This document shows, in pieces, positions 49,481 to 56,005 of a stretch of 64,000 bases of DNA. This DNA comes from a virus (Duplodnaviria > Caudoviricetes). The notes beneath the pieces are model-generated. The model had not been told where the DNA came from and did no database searches. It was given only the letters and a program-made list of their open reading frames with translations. Every line of letters starts with the position of its first letter. The first letter of the stretch is position 1. The stretch is from positions 112,496-176,495 of IMG/VR virus record IMGVR_UViG_2974673715_000001. One strand, 5' to 3'. Both the position numbers and the translations under genes were made by a program.

Positions 49481-50627
49481 TGCAGAAGTAAAAGGAATGA
49501 CAGTATTTAACAAGAACAAAGTAAACACAAAGAAACAACCAATGTTTTTTGGACAACCATTAGGAGTCCAAAGATATGATGAATATAAGTATCCAGTATT
49601 TGATAGACTTACACAATCACAACTAGGATATTTCTGGAGACCCGAAGAGGTGTCTCTACAGAAAGATAGATCAGACTATCAAACTCTTACACCAGAACAG
49701 AAGCACATCTTTACTTCTAACTTGAAGTATCAGATCATGCTTGACTCAGTTCAAGGTAGAGGACCAGGTATGGCATTCATTCCCTACTGCTCTCTTCCTG
49801 AGTTGGAAGCATGCATGACGGTATGGGAGTTTATGGAAATGATCCATAGTCGTTCCTATACATACATCATCAAGAATGTATATCCAGATCCTTCAGAGGT
49901 ATTTGATACTATCTTAGATGATGAGAATGTAATGTCTCGTGCATCATCTGTGACTAAATCGTACGATGAATTTATTAATTCAGCACACGAGTTTGATAAT
50001 TGTCAAACATGGGATCTTGCAAGACAAGGACATTTAACTGGAACCTATGAAAGAAAAGAACTCAAAAGAAAACTCTATAGGGCAATTGCAAACGTTAACA
50101 TTCTTGAAGGAATTCGTTTCTATGTCTCCTTTGCGTGTTCGTTTGCTTTTGGCGAAAATAAACTTATGGAAGGCTCAGCTAAGATTCTCTCTCTTATCGC
50201 TAGAGATGAAAGTCAACACTTGGTTATCACACAAAATATCCTCAAGAACTGGGCAAAAGGTGACGACTCCGAAATGGCAGAAATCGCAAAAGAAGAAAAA
50301 CCATTCGTCGTAGATATGTTCAAGAGAACTGTTGAAGAGGAGAAGACTTGGGCAAACTATTTGTTTAGAGAAGGTAGTATGATTGGATTGAATGATCGCT
50401 TACTACATAATTATGTTGAGTGGATTGCCAATCGTAGAATGAAAGCAATCGGATTAGATCCTGTGTTTGATCAAGTTGCTAGAAACAATCCTTTGCCATG
50501 GACTCAACACTGGTTAAATAGTAAGGGTCAACAGAACGCACCACAAGAAACGGAGATTGAAAGTTATGTCGTCGGAGGAATCAAACAAGACGTCAAAGGA
50601 GACTCCTTTGCAGGATTCTCTCTCTAG
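49461..50627 (+). CDS. nrdB: Ribonucleotide reductase beta subunit
   Basis: FWRPEEV, EMIHSRSY, LEGIRFY, RDESQH and APQETE motifs. Confidence 0.98.
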   Translation: MTVARSDAEVKGMTVFNKNKVNTKKQPMFFGQPLGVQRYDEYKYPVFDRLTQSQLGYFWRPEEVSLQKDRSDYQTLTPEQKHIFTSNLKYQIMLDSVQGRGPGMAFIPYCSLPELEACMTVWEFMEMIHSRSYTYIIKNVYPDPSEVFDTILDDENVMSRASSVTKSYDEFINSAHEFDNCQTWDLARQGHLTGTYERKELKRKLYRAIANVNILEGIRFYVSFACSFAFGENKLMEGSAKILSLIARDESQHLVITQNILKNWAKGDDSEMAEIAKEEKPFVVDMFKRTVEEEKTWANYLFREGSMIGLNDRLLHNYVEWIANRRMKAIGLDPVFDQVARNNPLPWTQHWLNSKGQQNAPQETEIESYVVGGIKQDVKGDSFAGFSL

Positions 50628-50787
50628 CACAGAGTGGTTAGATAAAACTTATAATGATCTAGTGGAGTCAGGAAATGACTACGGTCCAGACATTACTGAC
50701 ATGATCTGGACTGCTGCTAGGAAAGAAGCAACTAAGAGGTTGCACGAAGACTTAAGAAAAGATAAAGATAAGGATAAAATGTGTTAA
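50557..50787 (+). CDS. Hypothetical protein
   Basis: ORF overlapping the nrdB end; likely ATG at 50566. Confidence 0.5.
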   Translation: MKVMSSEESNKTSKETPLQDSLSSTEWLDKTYNDLVESGNDYGPDITDMIWTAARKEATKRLHEDLRKDKDKDKMC

Positions 50788-50826
50788 AGTGTATCATAGT
50801 GAACTACCAATGTCAGGAATCTATGA

Positions 50827-50859
50827 TATAAATATAATGTACAGGTAACAGTTGTTACC
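50827..50859 (+). promoter_or_regulatory. Promoter (TATAAATA/TATAAT) with overlapping NtcA-type palindrome
   Basis: TATAAATA 50827-34, TATAAT 50833-38, GTA-ACAGTTGT-TAC 50845-58. Confidence 0.6.
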
Positions 50860-50862
50860 AAA

Positions 50863-51090
50863 CGTTCATCCAATGCACGGACTCGCACTACTGGTATTGA
50901 TGTTTGCGGAACACGATGCTTCCCACTGGGAACTATCATGTAACGAATGGAATCAATCAAGGATTGAGATACTCAGCGATGAGAATCTTAGTTCAGATGC
51001 TCATGAGTATCTTATAGATTACTTCTATACCAAAGTATCAGAACCAAATTGCGAAGCTTGGCAACTTGGACGCAAGTAATTCGCGGAACG
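50863..51090 (+). ncRNA. glnA-type glutamine riboswitch-like aptamer 1, with ORF-sized P2 loop
   Basis: CGTTC-A-TCCAA...[~190 nt]...TTGGA-CGCAAGTA-attcgc-GGAACG. Confidence 0.7.
50873..51079 (+). CDS. Small 2-Cys protein nested in aptamer 1 (68 aa)
   Basis: MHGLALLVLMFAEHDASHWELSCNEW...EPNCEAWQLGRK*; ATG overlaps the 5' P2 strand, TAA within CGCAAGTAA. Confidence 0.7.
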   Translation: MHGLALLVLMFAEHDASHWELSCNEWNQSRIEILSDENLSSDAHEYLIDYFYTKVSEPNCEAWQLGRK

Positions 51091-51093
51091 GAG

Positions 51094-51287
51094 CGTTCAT
51101 CCCATGATCCCTATTTTAATTGCTACTGCAGTGACATGTGCTGATATTCAACCATTAATCGAGCGTGCTCGAATTTATGAGGGAATTGATGAACAATCAA
51201 GGCAAGAAATCATTGAAATTTATCAAGTAGATTTTGCCAATGCTGTAGGACTTGAGTGTGATTGGGACGCAAACGAATAAAGGAACG
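51094..51287 (+). ncRNA. glnA-type glutamine riboswitch-like aptamer 2, with ORF-sized P2 loop
   Basis: CGTTC-A-TCCCA...[~158 nt]...TGGGA-CGCAAACGAATAAA-GGAACG. Confidence 0.7.
51104..51280 (+). CDS. Small 2-Cys protein nested in aptamer 2 (58 aa)
   Basis: MIPILIATAVTCADIQPLIERARIYEGIDEQSRQEIIEIYQVDFANAVGLECDWDANE*; GGAG at 51090-93; not in the ORF track. Confidence 0.7.
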   Translation: MIPILIATAVTCADIQPLIERARIYEGIDEQSRQEIIEIYQVDFANAVGLECDWDANE

Positions 51288-51323
51288 GACCTTAAACAAG
51301 TCACTAACTTTAGGAGTAAAATC

Positions 51324-51467
51324 ATGACTACAATTACTTACAGAGGCGTCAAGTATGACGCTGAAGCATACAAAGCAAAGGTTCTTGCAGAGCAAGCAAG
51401 TAACAACCGTCACGATCTAATGTATCGTGGATTGAAGGTCGAGCGTAAATTCGCATCCCAGTCTTAA
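51324..51467 (+). CDS. DUF4278-like YRG peptide
   Basis: AGGAG SD; MTTITYRGVKY...DLMYRGLKV with two YRG motifs. Confidence 0.85.
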   Translation: MTTITYRGVKYDAEAYKAKVLAEQASNNRHDLMYRGLKVERKFASQS

Positions 51468-51469
51468 TC

Positions 51470-51586
51470 ATGACAGAACTACAAACCATCGGGATCGTAT
51501 CCCTAGGGTCTGTTGTTTTCATGATTATGATCTATCTGGAACTGCGTCTTTTGCCTCTCAAGAGACCAACAGTTGCTAAAGATTAA
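51470..51586 (+). CDS. Small single-TM peptide (38 aa)
   Basis: MTELQTIGIVSLGSVVFMIMIYLELRLLPLKRPTVAKD. Confidence 0.6.
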   Translation: MTELQTIGIVSLGSVVFMIMIYLELRLLPLKRPTVAKD

Positions 51587-51743
51587 TTTTGAGTGGGATT
51601 ATGGTCTTCCCGAATATGATTCCACTAAACACGATCCAGTCAAGACCTTCGCTTTTTTAACTTATCGTGGAGTGCACTATGCTAAGTGGGTTTACCTCAA
51701 GGTAGACTTCGGTGGTGCACAACCGTGGAACATAACATCTTAA
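51573..51743 (+). CDS. Second YRG-motif small protein (56 aa)
   Basis: TTG start; ...PEYDSTKHDPVKTFAFLTYRGVHYAKWV...; terminator follows. Confidence 0.65.
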   Translation: MLKINFEWDYGLPEYDSTKHDPVKTFAFLTYRGVHYAKWVYLKVDFGGAQPWNITS

Positions 51744-51763
51744 TTATGTTAAGATAAACACTT

Positions 51764-51794
51764 AAACCCTAGTCCTTTACGACTGGGGTTTTTT
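51764..51794 (+). terminator. Rho-independent terminator
   Basis: aaaccctagtc-ctttac-gactggggttt followed by Ts. Confidence 0.75.
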
Positions 51795-51833
51795 ATGTTA
51801 GAATAAATATTATGAATTATGCGAAGGAGCACC

Positions 51834-52496
51834 ATGAAAATTTTTCTGGATTGTTCTGATGCCGAAACGATCTCTAATGCTTTTGAGACAGGTTTAATTG
51901 ACGGTGTAACTACCAACCCATCTCTTATGTTAAAAGCAGGACAAGATCCTATGGAAGTCATAACGGAAATTTCAAATATATTTCCTTTCCATGCTTCAAT
52001 CTCTGCCGAAGTGGTAGGTGATACTGCCACTGAAATGTTAGATATGGCAGAGAAGTATATCGACATTGGACCAAACATCACAATTAAAGTTCCATGCACA
52101 CCAGAAGGTCTTAAGGCATGCAGAGACCTCACTAACGATGAAGTTAGTGTAAATGTCACATTAGTATTCTCAACAGCACAAGCAATTCTAGCATCTAAAG
52201 CAGGTGCAACGTACGTTTCTCCTTTTGTAGGAAGAGTATACGATAACTCTTTCGATGGAATCCAATTGATTGAGGAGATTGCAGACGTATTTGCAACTCA
52301 TGGACGAGACACAAAGGTTCTCGCTGCTTCAGTTAGGGAAGTTCAACAAGTATCATCTGCCTTTAGAGTAGGAGCAGATATATGCACTCTCCCTGTTCCT
52401 GTTTTCAATAAGATGTATAAACACATTCTTACAGATAAAGGATTAGAACTGTTTGATAAAGACTGGCAGGAATTGCAAGGATGTCTGAAGAAATAA
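51834..52496 (+). CDS. talC: Transaldolase TalC
   Basis: MKIFLD, GVTTNPSL, TIKVP, NVTLVFS and YVSPFVGR motifs; AGGAG SD. Confidence 0.96.
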   Translation: MKIFLDCSDAETISNAFETGLIDGVTTNPSLMLKAGQDPMEVITEISNIFPFHASISAEVVGDTATEMLDMAEKYIDIGPNITIKVPCTPEGLKACRDLTNDEVSVNVTLVFSTAQAILASKAGATYVSPFVGRVYDNSFDGIQLIEEIADVFATHGRDTKVLAASVREVQQVSSAFRVGADICTLPVPVFNKMYKHILTDKGLELFDKDWQELQGCLKK

Positions 52497-52675
52497 ATCG
52501 TAGATATCCTCCCTCTGGGAGAGGTCAAATGAGAAAGATTGATATCGAACCCAGAATCTTCAGACTCAAACACGAACTCTATAATGAACATGGCGGTGCA
52601 AGTGATGACTGGAAAGCAGGTGCACACTATTCACTCGATAGAGTTCTACAAATCCTACAAGAATATTACTCATGA
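52481..52675 (+). CDS. Hypothetical protein
   Basis: RIFRLKHEL...GAHYSLDRVLQILQEY. Confidence 0.7.
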   Translation: MSEEINRRYPPSGRGQMRKIDIEPRIFRLKHELYNEHGGASDDWKAGAHYSLDRVLQILQEYYS

Positions 52676-52836
52676 AGAAAAGAAATTTAAAAACATTGAT
52701 ACATGACCTTGAGGTTGCAGTAGCAGAGTTAAAATCTGAGGTCTATTCAGACACTGGAGCATATCGTATAAGTAGTGATACTGACAAGCACACTACTTAT
52801 CGTGACATCAACGACGAAGACGGACTCTGCGATTGA
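52672..52836 (+). CDS. Small hypothetical protein (54 aa)
   Basis: MKKRNLKTLIHDLEVAVAELKSEVYSD...DEDGLCD; ATGA-coupled. Confidence 0.7.
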   Translation: MKKRNLKTLIHDLEVAVAELKSEVYSDTGAYRISSDTDKHTTYRDINDEDGLCD

Positions 52837-53257
52837 TTATGAAAATCCCTGGCTATGTGAAGGTTCAACTTTCACTTCTAACGATATTGGCGATTTCTTC
52901 GGTTTCGTCTACCGTATTACAAATAAGGTTAATGGGAGAATCTACATCGGAAGAAAGTATTTTTATGCCTTTAGAACACCAAAAGGAAAGAAAAGAAAAC
53001 AAAAACAAGAATCCGATTGGAAGAAGTATTATGGATCTTGTCCAGAATTAAAAGAAGATATAAAATTGTATGGAAAGGAACAGTTTAAACGAGAGATTAT
53101 AAGCCTACATAACTCGAAGGGTCAATGCAATTATGAGGAGACCCGACAACTATTTTTCAATAATGTACTTACGGAGGCAACAAAAGATGGAACCCCTGCA
53201 TTTTACAACTCGAACATACTTGGTAGGTACATGCGTAAAGATTATTTCAATGCTTGA
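52775..53257 (+). CDS. GIY-YIG-family endonuclease (start uncertain)
   Basis: GFVYRITNKVNGRIYIGRK, ESDWKKYYGS, FKREII and YNSNI motifs. Confidence 0.85.
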   Translation: MILTSTLLIVTSTTKTDSAIDYENPWLCEGSTFTSNDIGDFFGFVYRITNKVNGRIYIGRKYFYAFRTPKGKKRKQKQESDWKKYYGSCPELKEDIKLYGKEQFKREIISLHNSKGQCNYEETRQLFFNNVLTEATKDGTPAFYNSNILGRYMRKDYFNA

Positions 53258-53282
53258 CAACTGCTGATAACTCTTCTATAAT
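53254..53282 (+). promoter_or_regulatory. Sigma70 promoter
   Basis: TTGACA-17-TATAAT, perfect consensus. Confidence 0.85.
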
Positions 53283-53308
53283 CTCAAGGTAGTCAAGGGA
53301 GTTCTCTT

Positions 53309-53446
53309 ATGGACGAAGAATTCAACATTTCAGATGCGATGATCGACATCATGATCGATCAGTTGCATAAATGTGCTGAGCTCGAAGAGGAGGAACTTGA
53401 AAACCACTGGGACAGTAGCTCAGCGGAAAGAGCAACTGCCTTCTAA
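53309..53446 (+). CDS. Small acidic ORF running into the tRNA (45 aa)
   Basis: AAGGGAG SD; MDEEFNISDAMIDIMIDQLHKCAELEEEELENHWDSSSAERATAF*. Confidence 0.5.
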   Translation: MDEEFNISDAMIDIMIDQLHKCAELEEEELENHWDSSSAERATAF

Positions 53447-53481
53447 GCAGTCGGTCGTAGGTTCAATTCCTACCTGTCTCG
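53409..53481 (+). tRNA. tRNA-Arg (anticodon UCU)
   Basis: GGGACAG/CTGTCTC acceptor, GCTC/GAGC D stem, ACTGC-CTTCTAA-GCAGT anticodon arm, GTAGG-TTCAATT-CCTAC T arm; CCA not encoded. Confidence 0.95.
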
Positions 53482-53518
53482 TTGCCTTCGGGCAAATCGG
53501 TCTATACAGGTTAAAAAA

Positions 53519-53728
53519 ATGACTACAGCACAACGTTTCTCGTCTTGTCTCGATATCCTTACCGATGCAGTAGACAGACAGATTATACTTGACACCGAAC
53601 ATCCTATCATATATAATGAACTAGTAAAACACTATGAGGATAAAGGTGTTCAACTCTACGGTGATGTAGATGAGGATTACGAAATCCTTTTATCCAAACT
53701 TGAAATCGATCTTTATTATGAAACTTGA
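53519..53728 (+). CDS. Hypothetical protein
   Basis: 69 aa acidic ORF. Confidence 0.75.
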   Translation: MTTAQRFSSCLDILTDAVDRQIILDTEHPIIYNELVKHYEDKGVQLYGDVDEDYEILLSKLEIDLYYET

Positions 53729-53972
53729 AACCATTTTAGAACGGTATCCATACCGTTATGTGTCAGTTGGAACTCTTCCAAACGGTCATCCAGACTATCG
53801 TATCCAGAAGTTTCACGAATGGACACAACGCTACAGAGACATGTATCTTCTTGACAATTCAGTTCAACTGGATTATGTTATTGAAGACTTTGAATACACA
53901 AAATGGTTAGACCCTGATCCTGAGGTCACTGCGTACGGCAGAAAACGGGATGTTGTTTCCGCATCTAATTAA
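53718..53972 (+). CDS. Conserved cyanophage hypothetical protein
   Basis: LERYPYRYVSVG.L.NG.PDYRIQK...DMYLLDN...EDFEYTKWLDP. Confidence 0.8.
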   Translation: MKLETILERYPYRYVSVGTLPNGHPDYRIQKFHEWTQRYRDMYLLDNSVQLDYVIEDFEYTKWLDPDPEVTAYGRKRDVVSASN

Positions 53973-54067
53973 TGAGTTCCGAATTGTTATTGAGGATCTA
54001 CAGAGCAGTGACTAAAAAACCTGTCTCTCCTCCACGAAAACATTATAATATCCTAACATACGGATAA
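53972..54067 (+). CDS. Very small ORF (31 aa)
   Basis: TAATG-coupled; MSSELLLRIYRAVTKKPVSPPRKHYNILTYG. Confidence 0.5.
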   Translation: MSSELLLRIYRAVTKKPVSPPRKHYNILTYG

Positions 54068-54162
54068 ATCCCGTCTTTGCCAATAGACGTTAAACTAGAT
54101 GGTTTTAGGCGCGAAAGCAACTCATAGTCCTAGTCCTAATCAGCACCCTTCGGGGTGCTTTT
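54068..54162 (+). ncRNA. Putative structured small RNA ending in a terminator
   Basis: ccgtct can pair with agacg or agatgg; tagg...gc-gaaa-gc...ccta; agcaccc-ttcg-gggtgct followed by Ts. Confidence 0.45.
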
Positions 54163-54206
54163 AATTTTCTTATATGTTGAATCAGAAATCTTAATATTTC
54201 AAACGC

Positions 54207-54235
54207 TTGACAAATGTTAAAACATTATATATAAT
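54207..54235 (+). promoter_or_regulatory. Sigma70 promoter of the hli cluster
   Basis: TTGACA-17-TATAAT. Confidence 0.85.
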
Positions 54236-54264
54236 TGTAACAGTTCTTAATAAAACTACACAAA

Positions 54265-54465
54265 ATGACAACAACAACTGAATCAGGCGGAAGACAAAAT
54301 ATGTTTCCAACTGAAACTCGTCCTTACATTGATGAGAACTATCAAGGATACGGAAAGAACGCTGAACTACTCAATGGTCGCTTGGCGATGCTTGGTTTAG
54401 TTGCGGGTTTCGTCTCTTACGTTACCACAGGTAACTTCTTCTTCGGTGGTCTTCTTGGTTTCTAA
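54265..54465 (+). CDS. hli: High-light inducible protein
   Basis: AELLNGRLAMLG motif. Confidence 0.95.
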   Translation: MTTTTESGGRQNMFPTETRPYIDENYQGYGKNAELLNGRLAMLGLVAGFVSYVTTGNFFFGGLLGF

Positions 54466-54524
54466 CCATGGAACTTATCGAATCAATTATATACACACAA
54501 TCAACACACAACAGGAACACTATC

Positions 54525-54632
54525 ATGACTCCAGAAGCAGAAAGATTTAATGGATGGGCAGCAATGCTCGGTTTCGTAGCAGCAGTTGGTGCTTACGTTA
54601 CAACTGGTCAAATCATTCCAGGTATTTTCTAA
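54525..54632 (+). CDS. hli: High-light inducible protein
   Basis: MTPEAERFNGWAAMLGFVAAVGAYVTTGQIIPGIF. Confidence 0.95.
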   Translation: MTPEAERFNGWAAMLGFVAAVGAYVTTGQIIPGIF

Positions 54633-54772
54633 TGTATCCATCAAATACAAAAGAAGTAGAAGCACAGAAAGTAGTTGCTGAGAAACTTAACGGTAGATTA
54701 GCAATGCTTGGTATCATCGCAGGAATCGGTGCTTACTTAACAACAGGTCAACTCATTCCAGGTTTCGTATAA
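54632..54772 (+). CDS. hli: High-light inducible protein
   Basis: AEKLNGRLAMLG...TTGQLIPGFV. Confidence 0.95.
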   Translation: MYPSNTKEVEAQKVVAEKLNGRLAMLGIIAGIGAYLTTGQLIPGFV

Positions 54773-54885
54773 TGAAACATTGGATTTTCGCAGAGAAATT
54801 AAACGGTAGACTAGCGATGATTGGTCTACTCGCAGCAGTAGTGAACTATGGTTTCACAGGTTGGATCGCACCAGGTATTTTCTAA
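54772..54885 (+). CDS. hli: High-light inducible protein
   Basis: MKHWIFAEKLNGRLAMIGLLAAVVNYGFTGWIAPGIF. Confidence 0.92.
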   Translation: MKHWIFAEKLNGRLAMIGLLAAVVNYGFTGWIAPGIF

Positions 54886-55019
54886 TGAACTATCACGACG
54901 TCATGGAAACGTATAAGAGACCTATGTCTGTACGTTACATTCCATTCTTATACTTTATTATCGCCACAGGTTTAACAGCAACTGTTGGATTACCTGTATA
55001 CGCTCACGGATTAATTTAA
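54885..55019 (+). CDS. Small membrane protein (44 aa)
   Basis: TAATG-coupled; MNYHDVMETYKRPMSVRYIPFLYFIIATGLTATVGLPVYAHGLI. Confidence 0.65.
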   Translation: MNYHDVMETYKRPMSVRYIPFLYFIIATGLTATVGLPVYAHGLI

Positions 55020-55201
55020 TGTATATTGATCAACAAACGTGGATTCATACAATGTTGTTTCCGTTTATGCCTGTCATAACGCTCTTCATTGTTAGTTTTG
55101 TCATGCTTGGTGATCTTCCTTGGGACGATGATGACGATGATGATGATGGTGGCGGGGGAGTAATGACTCCAGTTTATAACTATGCACCTCAAGGAGCATA
55201 A
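55019..55201 (+). CDS. Small membrane protein with poly-Asp tract
   Basis: TM followed by DDDDDDDDGGGG.MTP. Confidence 0.75.
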   Translation: MYIDQQTWIHTMLFPFMPVITLFIVSFVMLGDLPWDDDDDDDDGGGGVMTPVYNYAPQGA

Positions 55202-55233
55202 ATAAATTATATTATTAGCATCAGGAGTTGACG

Positions 55234-55380
55234 ATGCCAAATCCTAAAGCACTCTATGAAGATATGGAGACCCTTAACATGCTCTATGAAGAGTTACTAT
55301 GGGATCCTGATGCAGAGTTAGAGTTTAAAGCAGATTACAGTAACAACAGAATAGTTATACAACCTAAAGAGGAAGCTTGA
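55234..55380 (+). CDS. Small conserved acidic protein (48 aa)
   Basis: AGGAG SD; MPNPKALYEDMETLNMLYEELLWDPDAELEFKADY. Confidence 0.7.
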   Translation: MPNPKALYEDMETLNMLYEELLWDPDAELEFKADYSNNRIVIQPKEEA

Positions 55381-55401
55381 CTTCCTCTTTTTTTATAAAT
55401 A
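55366..55401 (+). terminator. Terminator followed by late promoter
   Basis: aaagaggaag-cttga-cttcctcttt, T run, TATAAATA 55394-401. Confidence 0.75.
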
Positions 55402-55426
55402 ATCTTATGATAACGTGTAATTAATC

Positions 55427-55621
55427 ATGGCAGCAGATCCAAACAACACTTCCGTATGGGTAGCAACCCGAAGGACTGACGATAAAGTAATTGAATACTT
55501 AGTTTCACATACTGCATGGAACCCCGACAAAAGATTCGCAAAAATTTTTGACACTCAAGCAGGTGCCAGAAAGTTTCTTAAAGAAGGGGGTATGAAAGGT
55601 ACCGTACGAAAACATTCATGA
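55427..55621 (+). CDS. Hypothetical protein
   Basis: 64 aa ORF after a late promoter. Confidence 0.7.
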   Translation: MAADPNNTSVWVATRRTDDKVIEYLVSHTAWNPDKRFAKIFDTQAGARKFLKEGGMKGTVRKHS

Positions 55622-55800
55622 CAATTCCCGCATCAGACAAATTACCTTATGATGGATGGTTTGATGACAACCCTTTAAAAGGAACAAAATACATAGACAA
55701 ACCTGTCTACGAATCATGTGATATTTCTATACACCAACAGATGTATGACTTCTGCACAAGGCATCTAAGTAGAATAGGTGGATCAGAAAATAAGTATTAA
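55618..55800 (+). CDS. Hypothetical protein
   Basis: 60 aa, ATGA-coupled. Confidence 0.65.
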   Translation: MTIPASDKLPYDGWFDDNPLKGTKYIDKPVYESCDISIHQQMYDFCTRHLSRIGGSENKY

Positions 55801-55816
55801 TACTCATCTTTTTCAC

Positions 55817-55850
55817 TTGACTTATTCGTAAAGATATATTACTATAAATA
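55817..55850 (+). promoter_or_regulatory. Dual sigma70/late promoter of psbA
   Basis: TTGACT-17-TACTAT overlapping TATAAATA (55843-50). Confidence 0.75.
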
Positions 55851-55885
55851 AATCAACTGGGTGAGGAAATCCTCACCTTTTCTAT

Positions 55886-55985
55886 GTGCACCCGTTTAAC
55901 CGAGACCTATGGGTGGGTAAATTACGTCTCTCATATCCATCAGTGAAGGGATTGATGGAAATATAGTATCGCTCTACCCTTTGAG
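55886..55985 (+). ncRNA. PhotoRC-II-like cis-regulatory RNA in the psbA leader
   Basis: gagac...gtctc, ccatcagt-gaaggg-attgatgg, with loop AAGGG complementary to downstream CCCTT (pseudoknot); upstream of phage psbA. Confidence 0.7.
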
Positions 55986-56005
55986 CCCTACTTAACAACG
56001 TCCTA

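Noticed and set aside
51252-51323. N-terminal extension of the DUF4278-like ORF given in the track
   Set aside because: The AGGAG SD supports the ATG at 51324; the extension overlaps the nested ORF and the aptamer 3' half
52775-53257. Active mobile homing endonuclease or pseudogene
   Set aside because: A short GIY-YIG-like protein without an obvious C-terminal DNA-binding extension; the frame is intact and only the start codon is ambiguous
54492-54520. ACACACAA direct repeat before the second hli as an sRNA motif
   Set aside because: Only two short copies; consistent with an unstructured A/C-rich translation leader
55123-55160. GAT/GAC microsatellite as a contingency repeat (also near 60378-60398)
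   Set aside because: Mixed codons encoding poly-Asp indicate protein-level selection, not a slippage locus
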